Source: a virus (Duplodnaviria > Caudoviricetes). Taken from it: a stretch of 64,000 nt of DNA. This document shows, piece by piece, positions 55,757 to 63,704 of the stretch. The notes below the pieces were generated by a model. The model was not told the origin of the DNA. It ran no database searches and saw nothing but the letters and a program-made list of their open reading frames with translations. The DNA is taken from the IMG/VR virus record IMGVR_UViG_3300005532_000244, positions 1,365-65,364 of that record, one strand, 5' to 3'. Position numbers and translations under genes: made by a program. How positions within the stretch are numbered: the first letter of the stretch is position 1; every line of letters begins with the position of its first letter.

Positions 55757-56770
55757 TCACTGTGCCGGCACCGCCAACGTGACGAGGTGCCCGTCAACGT
55801 AGTAGCCCGGGAAGATCAGCGGTGCTCGCGCCGTGACCGGCACGTTCGGGTTACGCGTGAACCAGCCCTGGTTGCCGTTGTTGATCGAGCCCGGAAGCCA
55901 CGACCGGGCGCTCGCACACGGGAACTGCGTCTGGTACCAGACGCAGTCGATCTCGAAGGGGTTGGAGGGATACGGCTGCCAGCCCTTGCCGTCCGAGCAG
56001 TTCGTGATCTGGTTGGGATAGCAAGGATTCGCGACGTTGTACGGCCAGTTGACCGGCGTCTGGTTTTTGGCGAAGCCAACGAGCGTATCGTCGTGCGAGT
56101 CGGCGATGTTGTCGTAGTCGGCGTCCTCGCCCATCACCTGCGCGTACGTCATCTGGCCGGGGAACGTGACGTCGAACTCAAGAGTGGTGTTGACGTAGAT
56201 CTGCCATTCGTTCGTCGGCTTCCCATTGCTCAGCACGTTCACGAACTTCATGTCGTAGCCCGTGTTGAGCGAGATGTTCGACGCGACAACCTTGAAGCCG
56301 TAGTTGCTCGACGGGGTGCAGCTTCCGTTACCCGATCCGGTGTAGTACTCGACGTACACGTAGGGCTGCGCCGAGTTCAAGCATGGGCTGGCCCCGGTCT
56401 CGATTCCTGCTTGCATCCATTGGCCTACCCCGTTGCCGCCGCCGATCGTGAAGTAGGTGAGCGAGTGTTCCAGCGACCCGGCGCCCTCCGACGTGTAGCC
56501 GGTCGCGTTGGCGTACATCGTCCCTTCGAGCGTCCCGGTTTCGGGGGTGCAGCCGGTTCCCCAGCAGTCTTGGAGCCCCTTGTAAACGAAGCCGTAGTCG
56601 TAGGGCGTCCCAGAGCCGATGGTTGAGCATTCGTTGTCGAGCGTGCCGGGGTTCCCGGTACCGGTCCGGTGGCACCAGTGGTGGTCGGGTAGCGACGGCA
56701 GCGTTGCGGTTGCGGTTGCGGCCGTTACTGCTGCGACGAAGAGCGCCGCGAGGAAGAGGAGTTTCCTCAT
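55757..56770 (-). CDS. Secreted beta-sandwich protein, glutamic-peptidase (neprosin/eqolisin)-like
   Basis: GGAGG RBS; signal peptide MRKLLFLAALF; WMQAG, WQIYVN, QVMGE; lower GC. Confidence 0.65.
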   Translation of the reverse strand: MRKLLFLAALFVAAVTAATATATLPSLPDHHWCHRTGTGNPGTLDNECSTIGSGTPYDYGFVYKGLQDCWGTGCTPETGTLEGTMYANATGYTSEGAGSLEHSLTYFTIGGGNGVGQWMQAGIETGASPCLNSAQPYVYVEYYTGSGNGSCTPSSNYGFKVVASNISLNTGYDMKFVNVLSNGKPTNEWQIYVNTTLEFDVTFPGQMTYAQVMGEDADYDNIADSHDDTLVGFAKNQTPVNWPYNVANPCYPNQITNCSDGKGWQPYPSNPFEIDCVWYQTQFPCASARSWLPGSINNGNQGWFTRNPNVPVTARAPLIFPGYYVDGHLVTLAVPAQ

Positions 56771-56813
56771 CGTGTGCCTCCCTTTGTTGTGGTGACCCCT
56801 GCTCATGCGGCGT

Positions 56814-57302
56814 TCACCGACGCACCGCCTGAAGGTCGGCCGCGATGTCTGCTGGCACGTCCCAGAGCCCGAGTTGACCGCGGCAAGAGATTGGCTCGTC
56901 GAGCGGTACGAGCCGCGTTAGCTGGAACGCGAATCGGCCCGGCTCGTAGTTGCCGAACGCGAGCTCGTGCTCGCCGGCCTGGGCGCGGTAGCTGTAGCTC
57001 TCCCGCAGCAACCATGCTGCGTCGTCGCTCGTGAACGTGTCGTAGAGCGAGCCGACGGCGACGATCGTTCCGCGCGTCTTGCGCAGCAGGAACTCGTAGT
57101 CGTACGGGGCGAGCACCGATGCGAACGGCTCTGACCAGCAGAGCTCGCGGAGTCCGCCTTCGCCGCCGACGGGGTCGAGGCTCTTCGCCGCGTGGATTGC
57201 GAGCGGGCCGCGGTAGGCCGTATTCCATGAACGTGTCTCGAATCGCTTCGCACCGATCGCGACGAGCAGCGCCCACGGCTGTGTCAGGGTCAGCGCCTTC
57301 AT
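56814..57302 (-). CDS. ASCH domain protein
   Basis: MKALTLTQPWALLVAIGAKRFETRSW...RGQLGLW. Confidence 0.9.
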   Translation of the reverse strand: MKALTLTQPWALLVAIGAKRFETRSWNTAYRGPLAIHAAKSLDPVGGEGGLRELCWSEPFASVLAPYDYEFLLRKTRGTIVAVGSLYDTFTSDDAAWLLRESYSYRAQAGEHELAFGNYEPGRFAFQLTRLVPLDEPISCRGQLGLWDVPADIAADLQAVRR

Positions 57303-57412
57303 GCCGGTACTGGCTCCTCGTCCGGCGTCGGCTTCGGCTCTTCGACCGGCGTCTCGAAGGGATCCTCGAGCGGCTCAGCGACGAACGGCTCGCCCTCCTT
57401 ACCGATGTCCAT
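57299..57412 (-). CDS. Acidic Pro-rich peptide (37 aa)
   Basis: GGAGG RBS; MDIGKEGEPFVAEPLEDPFETPVEEPKPTPDEEPVPA; ATGA-coupled to ASCH gene. Confidence 0.55.
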   Translation of the reverse strand: MDIGKEGEPFVAEPLEDPFETPVEEPKPTPDEEPVPA

Positions 57413-57545
57413 GAGCGACCGCCTCCTCTCCGAGGTCGATGGGCTTGAGCGTGTTCGCGGGGATGCGGTCGCGCCAGAGCATCGGCAGCTGGGTTGGTTC
57501 GACGTCGCTGGCGCGGGTGACGTGAAGCGGCGTGAACCGACTCAT
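57399..57545 (-). pseudogene. Possible remnant of an AAA/RepA-type helicase N-terminus
   Basis: ASDVEPTQLPMLWRDRIP resembles the pre-Walker A segment of AAA_25 helicases, then stops. Confidence 0.35.
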
Positions 57546-58540
57546 GTCGGCACCGCCGTGCGCGGGAACTCGCGGATTCGCAGGTCGGCAGGCCACTCGT
57601 CGATGTCGCCGCCTTTGCGATCGTGCAGCTCGAGGCCGCTGTACGCGTCGGCGACGCCTGCGATGTAGGGATGGCGGATGATCGGCTTCGCGCCGAGCTG
57701 CTTCACGAAGATCGCGGGCCGGTCGCGGCCGTCGTACGGGTCGCACGCGCCGCAGTGGTCGAGGAGCTCGCGCGCGTGCTCGAGGTGGAACGGCCGCGCG
57801 CTGGGCCCTGACTCGCCGCCGATGATGACCCAGTCGATCCCCGTCAGGTCGAGCGGACGAGAGCGCGACTCCTTCGCGTGCCACCTCACGGTGGAAGGCG
57901 CAATGCCGAAGAGCTGCGCCGTCTCGCGCGCGGTCAGACCGTCGGCGAGGGCGCGCATGATCTTGGCTCGCTGCGGATGCAGGCGTATGTCTGGGAAGAG
58001 CGACCCGAGCAGCGGCTCGGCGCTGATGAACCTGACCGCGGCCGGAATCTCGCGGAGGACGTCGGCGCGCCACGTGTACCGGGCGTTCTCGATCGAGACG
58101 CCCAGCCACACGTTCGGCAGCGGCTGCCCGTCGTGCGCGTAGTCGTTGATTTCGAAGCGGCCGGCGTAGTCGTAGAGCTCCGGCAGCAGTTCGGCGGCGC
58201 GCTGTGGCCGCTTCGTGAGGACTTGGAACTGACGATCAGGGTGCAACCGCATCGAATCGAAGACGGCGGCGACGAACTCGTCGGGGACGTCTTCGTGGAA
58301 GAGGTCGCCGAGCGACGGCGTGAACACCTTTGGGCCGCGCGGCGGCTTGTCGAGCCGCTCCCAGTGCAGGGTGACCCCAGTCGTCGATGCGGCATCGACG
58401 GTGGCGAAGCGGCGGTGCTGCATGCGGAACGGCGGGGTTCGTTCGATGTAGCACCGTGCGCAGCCTGGGCTGACGCGTGTGCAGCCGGTGACGACGTTCC
58501 AGGTGCTGTCGGTCCACTGGATGCCGGTCGCGTCGCTCAC
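57542..58540 (-). CDS. DUF5131 (phage gp37/gp68) family protein with inserted HTH
   Basis: IQWTDSTWN..GCTRVSPGCARCY, SLGDLFHE, LTKRP, SAEPLLG, WVIIGGESG, FVKQLG. Confidence 0.92.
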   Translation of the reverse strand: MSDATGIQWTDSTWNVVTGCTRVSPGCARCYIERTPPFRMQHRRFATVDAASTTGVTLHWERLDKPPRGPKVFTPSLGDLFHEDVPDEFVAAVFDSMRLHPDRQFQVLTKRPQRAAELLPELYDYAGRFEINDYAHDGQPLPNVWLGVSIENARYTWRADVLREIPAAVRFISAEPLLGSLFPDIRLHPQRAKIMRALADGLTARETAQLFGIAPSTVRWHAKESRSRPLDLTGIDWVIIGGESGPSARPFHLEHARELLDHCGACDPYDGRDRPAIFVKQLGAKPIIRHPYIAGVADAYSGLELHDRKGGDIDEWPADLRIREFPRTAVPT

Positions 58541-58707
58541 CGTTGTTTCCTCCATGCGCCGCAGCACCACCAGCGCGCCGGATTCGACAGCGGCGGCGCC
58601 TCGAGCGTCGAGTGGCCGCAGGTGAGCGTGACCGTTCGAAGCTCGGGTAGCGCGTCAGACCGGAGCTTCCGGCGCGCGTCCATCGTGCGGGGCACGTACA
58701 CGGGCAT
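58537..58707 (-). CDS. Small Cys-containing hypothetical protein
   Basis: Coupled on both sides; LTCGH...WWCC. Confidence 0.5.
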   Translation of the reverse strand: MPVYVPRTMDARRKLRSDALPELRTVTLTCGHSTLEAPPLSNPARWWCCGAWRKQR

Positions 58708-58922
58708 CACGCAGCCGCCTTGTAGAACCGGCCGTGCTTGGCGATCAGGTCGTGGCAGCGCGCGATGTCGTCGTCGTTCAAGGCGTCGGCGAACTCGCGG
58801 GCGCCGAGCTCGCTGGCGAAGACGCAGATCGTGTCGGGAAGCGTCTTCGGGTAGGGGCGGCCGGCGAGGGTGACGAGGAAGCCGAGCTCGTGCCGCTCGA
58901 TCTGGGCGCGCGAGCTCGTCAT
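58707..58922 (-). CDS. Hypothetical protein
   Basis: ATGA coupling to methyltransferase stop. Confidence 0.55.
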   Translation of the reverse strand: MTSSRAQIERHELGFLVTLAGRPYPKTLPDTICVFASELGAREFADALNDDDIARCHDLIAKHGRFYKAAA

Positions 58923-60778
58923 GCCGCCTCGGCGAGCGGAGGGATCAGGGCGAGCGCGATCTGCGTAGCGACCGGCGAGGAGACCGCGTTTCCGATGAAC
59001 TTCACGCGGGCCTCGTTCGAGAGATCGCGTACCCGGCCACGCTTGTCCTTCACCCGCGCGGTCATCAGGAACGGCCGCCCGTCGGCGTGAACGTGCATCT
59101 GCTGTGCGCGCAGCAGCTCGGGCCACTGCAGCATCCGGAAGTAGCAGTCGTCGACGTCGGCGTCGGTGAAGACGAGCGCTTCGCGGTCCTTCGAGGTGAC
59201 CGTGCCCATCGGCTCAGCGGTGGGCCGCGCGACCCCGGTCGAGTAGTAGGGGACGAGCAGAGACTGCTTGTCGCGGCCGGTGATCGTGCCGGCGGCGTCG
59301 GCGAGGTCGCGGACGAAGCCGGGGACTCCGTTGTAGACGAGCAGGCCGTGGTGGTAGCCCTCGCCGTAGACGGTGCGCGCGGGTTCGTCGACGGGACTGA
59401 CGCTGCCGTTGTTCTGTAGCTCGACGAGGGCGAGCTCGCCGTGGCCGGCGATCGTTCGGAGCGGCTCGTCGAGGGTGTGCGCGTTTCGGCCGGGCCCGGG
59501 CTTCCCTTTCGTGCCGCGGTTGACCTGGACGAGCATGTGTTGCGCGGGAGCTGTCGTGACTGTGGCTGCGGGTTCGTCGAGGCTTGCGCCGACCGCATGC
59601 ATCCGGTTCGGGATCACGAGGCCCACCTCGCGGTCGGAGCCGATCACGGTCTGCATCGGCTCGTCGATCGAGCGGCCGTTGCCTTGCTGGCCGCCGTAGC
59701 GGAGCACGAGCGCGCGATGGTTCTCGGTAGTGACGGCGCCGAGCGGCTCGTCGGTGCCGAGCGGGTTGCGCGTCTGCCCGGTCTGGCCGCCGACGGGGAC
59801 GACGAGGCTCATCTGCTGCGTGCAGTTCACGGTGCGCAGCGGGTCGTCGACACTCCACACGCGCACGCCGGGCCGCCGCTCGTAGAGGTGGCCGCCGACC
59901 TGGACAGCCATCGGCAGCGTGAAGTCGATCGCCGTCCGCGCGCCGGTGACCGCCGGCGCGACCGGCTGGAAACACGTCGGACAGGTGTAGAGGTACTGCG
60001 ACCCGTAGCGGCCCCACTCGAACTTGCCGGGCAACGCGCGAACCGACGACTTCGACGCGGGCTTCCACGTCTGCACGCCGCGCACGACGGTCTCGCAGCG
60101 CGAGCACCAGGAGATCGGCCGGAAGTCGAGGTCGGGCTCGCGCAGGCCTTCGCGCCAGAAGACGACGTACATGCGGTCACGCGACTGCGGCGTCGGCAGC
60201 GCGAATTGCGAATTGAAGTGGACGATCCGGCTGCGGTAGCCGAGCCGCTCCATCGCTCGCCGCCATCTATCGAAGTGGGAGCCGCAGTTGCACTTGTCGC
60301 CGTGGCCGCGCCGGTCGCACCAGAGCATCGCCTCGATGACGTTCTCGACGATGACAGCGTCGTAGCGGTGGTAGGCGGTGAACCGGACGACGTCGTTGAA
60401 GGTCGCGCGCGACCTGCGTGCGTCCTCGTCGTTGCCGCGCTTGCCGCGGCAGTAGGCGTGGTGTCCGCAGTCCGGCGAGGCCCAGAGAAGATCGGTGCGG
60501 CGGAACCGTGTCGGTGGGACGTCCTGAATGTCGTGGACGTCGTGGTCGGCGTGCGGGAAGTTCCCGTTGTGGACTTCGACGGCGAGCGGGTTGTGGTTGA
60601 GCGCCTGCGTTACGACGATCAGGTGGCGGCCGCAGCCGGGGCAGCGGACGTTCTCGAGCCCGGTCGATGAGCCGCCGGCGCCGCAGAAGAAGTCGGTGGC
60701 GGTGAGGGTGCCGCCGCAGCAGACGGGGCAGGCTCCGTTCGCGCAAGGCGTCGTCGCAGCGTCGAGGGCGGCGCTCAT
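58919..60778 (-). CDS. C5-cytosine DNA methyltransferase with repeated variable region
   Basis: DFFCGAGG, WASPDC, IVENV, PQSRDR, IGNAVS. Confidence 0.93.
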   Translation of the reverse strand: MSAALDAATTPCANGACPVCCGGTLTATDFFCGAGGSSTGLENVRCPGCGRHLIVVTQALNHNPLAVEVHNGNFPHADHDVHDIQDVPPTRFRRTDLLWASPDCGHHAYCRGKRGNDEDARRSRATFNDVVRFTAYHRYDAVIVENVIEAMLWCDRRGHGDKCNCGSHFDRWRRAMERLGYRSRIVHFNSQFALPTPQSRDRMYVVFWREGLREPDLDFRPISWCSRCETVVRGVQTWKPASKSSVRALPGKFEWGRYGSQYLYTCPTCFQPVAPAVTGARTAIDFTLPMAVQVGGHLYERRPGVRVWSVDDPLRTVNCTQQMSLVVPVGGQTGQTRNPLGTDEPLGAVTTENHRALVLRYGGQQGNGRSIDEPMQTVIGSDREVGLVIPNRMHAVGASLDEPAATVTTAPAQHMLVQVNRGTKGKPGPGRNAHTLDEPLRTIAGHGELALVELQNNGSVSPVDEPARTVYGEGYHHGLLVYNGVPGFVRDLADAAGTITGRDKQSLLVPYYSTGVARPTAEPMGTVTSKDREALVFTDADVDDCYFRMLQWPELLRAQQMHVHADGRPFLMTARVKDKRGRVRDLSNEARVKFIGNAVSSPVATQIALALIPPLAEAA

Positions 60779-60782
60779 GCGG

Positions 60783-61271
60783 TCACCGCAATCCGCACGC
60801 AGCCGACGTCTCCGGCCACTCGCGCCACGAGCCGCCGTCCTGCCGCACGATCAGATACGCGGCGAGGATCTGCACCACCGCCGGCTCCCCCGCGATCCCC
60901 GCGTTCGACGAGGCGTACGGCACCCGCTCCTGCGACAGCGCGGCCGCCCGGTTCCAGGTGCCCAGCGTGAACTGCATTCCCCCGCCGTACGACGCGTTCA
61001 CGTCCGTCCAGCCGCCCTCGCCGCTGCCACCAGCGACCGAGTCTGGAACGTTCCAGGTACGTACGTACGCGCGGCCGTCGATCCAGTAGTCGGCGTGGCG
61101 GCGCTGCCGGCGTGTCGTCGCCGTCGCGTAGTGCCACCCGGAGTGGACGCACAGCGCCTGCTCGACGAACGAGACGGGCAGCGTATGGCGTGGTTGCGCG
61201 AGCGCTGCCGGGGCTTGCAGATGTATGGCAAAAGCGGCCGCGAGGCTGCCGATGATCGGTCGCCTTGTCAT
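60783..61271 (-). CDS. Secreted Rpf-like lytic transglycosylase
   Basis: Signal peptide; YGGGMQFTLGTW, QILAA, WREWPETSAACG. Confidence 0.75.
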   Translation of the reverse strand: MTRRPIIGSLAAAFAIHLQAPAALAQPRHTLPVSFVEQALCVHSGWHYATATTRRQRRHADYWIDGRAYVRTWNVPDSVAGGSGEGGWTDVNASYGGGMQFTLGTWNRAAALSQERVPYASSNAGIAGEPAVVQILAAYLIVRQDGGSWREWPETSAACGLR

Positions 61272-61343
61272 TTCCCTCCAAGTCGCGGGACGGGGCCGCC
61301 GGCGGGAACACGGCGGGGGCGAGAGCCCACTGGGTGAAGAGGG

Positions 61344-62306
61344 TCATGCGGTCGCGACCTCCGACAGCAGCGAGAGCTGCGCGAGCCGCTTAGCGGCGAT
61401 CGCACACGATTTCGCGCTGAGCTCGATCCCGATCGAGCGGCGGCCGAGGCGGCGCGCGGCGAGCGCGGTGGTACCCGCGCCGGCGAACGGGTCGAGGACG
61501 AGGCCCTCGGGCGGGCAGCCGGCGAGGATGCACCGCTCAGCGAGTTTGTCGGGCATCACGGCGGCGTGGTCGTCCTCGAACTGCGCGCAGTTCATCCGCC
61601 AGACGCTTCGAGCATTCCGCGTGTCGCGGACGGGAACGTCGGCCTTCTCGTTGCGCTTCGCGAGGGTCGCTTTACCGACGACGTCCTTGCGCATCGTCTG
61701 CGCGCCCCACCGCTCCCAGGTGGCGGGCTCGGCGATCGCGTCGGCGTCGTACCAGTAGCGCCGCGACTTCGCGAGCAGGAACACGTACTCGTGCGAGGTC
61801 GTCGGCCGGTCTTTCGCCGACTCCGGGAGCGTGTTCGTCTTGTCCCAGATGACGGTCTGGCGAAGCCACCAGCCGTCCGCACGCAAGGCGAGAGCGACCT
61901 CGAACGGGACCGCAAACAGATCCTTCGGCTTCACGCCCGGCTGGCGGCCGATCTTGTTCACGATCGGCGAGACGCGCTCCTGCCGCTCCGGTGTCGAGAG
62001 CGTCGAGCTCTTGCCGTGCCGAGGCCCTCGTTGCGCGGCGCAGTGGGTGTCGCCGATGTTCAGCCAGACGACGCCGTCGTCGCGGAGCACACGTCGCGCT
62101 TCCCTGAAGACCGCGACGAGCGCCGCGACGTACTCCTCGAGTGTGTCTTCGAGCCCGATCTGCCCTTCGACCTCGTAGTCGCGGAGGAGGTAGTAGGGCG
62201 GGCTCGTGACGATGCAGTTCGCGACCTGGTCGGGGAGCTCAGGCAGCACGTCTGAAGCCCCCCCCAGATAGAGGGTGAAGTCCGGGTCGGCGACGTACGG
62301 CTTCAC
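61344..62306 (-). CDS. N4-cytosine/N6-adenine DNA methyltransferase (beta class)
   Basis: VTSPPY, HAAVMP, VLDPFAGAGTT, IGIEL. Confidence 0.93.
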   Translation of the reverse strand: MKPYVADPDFTLYLGGASDVLPELPDQVANCIVTSPPYYLLRDYEVEGQIGLEDTLEEYVAALVAVFREARRVLRDDGVVWLNIGDTHCAAQRGPRHGKSSTLSTPERQERVSPIVNKIGRQPGVKPKDLFAVPFEVALALRADGWWLRQTVIWDKTNTLPESAKDRPTTSHEYVFLLAKSRRYWYDADAIAEPATWERWGAQTMRKDVVGKATLAKRNEKADVPVRDTRNARSVWRMNCAQFEDDHAAVMPDKLAERCILAGCPPEGLVLDPFAGAGTTALAARRLGRRSIGIELSAKSCAIAAKRLAQLSLLSEVATA

Positions 62307-62482
62307 GCCCACGCCAGCTCCCGGAGCTCGTCGTACGCCGCCGTCACGCGATCCCAGACGTCGAGCATCTCGAGCCGGTCCGCCGCGTCGAGCAGGACGC
62401 TCGTGTGCAGCCCCCAGGGCGGCGGCACGAACGGCGAGCCGTCAGGGGTGACGATCACGCCGCTCGGCCATCTCTCGACCAT
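62303..62482 (-). CDS. Hypothetical protein (first gene inside attR)
   Basis: GAGG then MVERWPSG...; GTGA coupling to methyltransferase. Confidence 0.5.
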   Translation of the reverse strand: MVERWPSGVIVTPDGSPFVPPPWGLHTSVLLDAADRLEMLDVWDRVTAAYDELRELAWA

Positions 62483-62598
62483 CCGGTCGGCCTCGTGAGC
62501 GCCTGGCGTCAGGTCATCGCGGCTTTCCACGGGGAAACGAACCCGCTGGAAATCGCCGGAAAGTGGACGAGAGTGGCGAGTAGCCGAGAGGGTGCGAA

Positions 62599-62623
62599 GC
62601 TGGTTCGATCCCAGCCGCGCCCA
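62599..62623 (+). other. attR: duplicated tRNA 3' end (tRNA-Val-like)
   Basis: T-arm GCTGG-TTCGATC-CCAGC plus acceptor strand CGCGCCC-A; no D or anticodon arm upstream. Confidence 0.8.
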
Positions 62624-62746
62624 CTCCAAAGCTCCTGCAAAACGGCTTGATCTTCCGACGACTCGCTTACAGATGCCGCTCGTTGATCAGGCATGCGAGA
62701 TTCATGCGAGATCAGCCGCCGGCGAAGAGGCTCCTCTCGAGAAACA

Positions 62747-62783
62747 CTGGCTTCCCAAGCCAGGTGTCGCGGGTTCGAGCCCC
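62747..62783 (+). pseudogene. tRNA-Gly(CCC) 3' remnant interrupted by IS3
   Basis: Anticodon arm CTGGC-TTCCCAA-GCCAG, variable GTGTC, T-arm GCGGG-TTCGAGC-CCC, then IS end. Confidence 0.8.
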
Positions 62784-62810
62784 TGAAGTTCCCCCGTTTC
62801 GGTGGACAGG

Positions 62811-63704
62811 TTAGGGGTTGGTGATCGTGTGTCCGTCGTTGTGTTGGCTTTCGTATTCGAGGGGTGAGAGGTAGCCGAGGCTGGAGTGTCGGCGGCGGCG
62901 GTTGTACCAGGTCTCGATCCACTCGAAGACGGCCGCGCGGAGGTCCTCGATGGAGCGCCAGGGCTGCCGGCTGAGCTTTTCGATCTTCATCGTTCCGATC
63001 AGGCTCTCGCACATCGCGTTGTCGAGCGCGTCGCCGACGGTGCCCATGCTCGCGACCAGCCCTTCGCTCGCGAGGCGGCGGGTGAACGCGAACGAGGTGT
63101 ACTGCGAGCCTTGGTCCGAATGATGGACGGCGCCGCAGGCGCGCATCTGTCCTCTTCGCCAAATCGCCATGTCGAGCGCTTCGAGTGCGAGCTCGACGGT
63201 CTTGTCGGCGCGGACGGACCAGCCGAGGCAAAGGCGGCTGTAGGCGTCGGCGACGACGGCGATGTACGCGGTGCCTTGCCAGGTCGTGAGCTGGGTGAAG
63301 TCGGCGACCCACAAGCGGTCCGGCCCCTCGACGGCGAAGTCGCGCTGCACGAGATCGGGGGCCAGCGGATGCTCCTTCGCCCGCGTCGTCGAGCCTTTGC
63401 GCCGACGGCTGCTGACCGCGACCAAGCCGGCTTGGCGCATCAGCCGAGCGACGCGCTTCTCGCTAATCCGCAGCCCGCTGCCGAGCGTCAGCTCCTTGAA
63501 CACCCTCGGCGAGCCGTAGGTCTGCTCGCTCTCGGCGAAGATGCCACGGATCTGCTCGGTCAACAGCCAGTCGGCCAGCGCCCGATCCGAGAGCGGTTGC
63601 CGTTGCCAGTCGTAGAAGCCGGAGCGCGTCACGCCGAGCGTCCGGCACAGGCGGGAGACGGACTGGCGCTCGCTCTCTTCGTCGATCAGCCGGTACAAGC
63701 TCAC
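62811..63704 (-). CDS. IS3 transposase OrfB (DDE)
   Basis: [36 protein letters not shown]. Confidence 0.95.
   Translation of the reverse strand: MSLYRLIDEESERQSVSRLCRTLGVTRSGFYDWQRQPLSDRALADWLLTEQIRGIFAESEQTYGSPRVFKELTLGSGLRISEKRVARLMRQAGLVAVSSRRRKGSTTRAKEHPLAPDLVQRDFAVEGPDRLWVADFTQLTTWQGTAYIAVVADAYSRLCLGWSVRADKTVELALEALDMAIWRRGQMRACGAVHHSDQGSQYTSFAFTRRLASEGLVASMGTVGDALDNAMCESLIGTMKIEKLSRQPWRSIEDLRAAVFEWIETWYNRRRRHSSLGYLSPLEYESQHNDGHTITNP

Larger units (their letters stand above)
1..62623. mobile_element. Temperate siphovirus-like prophage (left boundary outside window)
   Basis: Continuous phage gene order: integrase/xis, RecT, repressor pair, terminase, portal, protease, capsid, tail tube, tape measure, lysin/holin, Rep, RusA; ends at a tRNA 3' duplication. 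Confidence 0.95.

Noticed and set aside
62599-62783. Intact tRNA genes
   Set aside because: Both fragments lack the 5' acceptor strand and D-arm
62483-62786. ORFs 62303-62629 (N-terminal MEWARLGSNQ) and 62592-62786 (WLPKPGVAGSSP)
   Set aside because: These peptides are translations of the tRNA remnants and att region, not credible protein sequence
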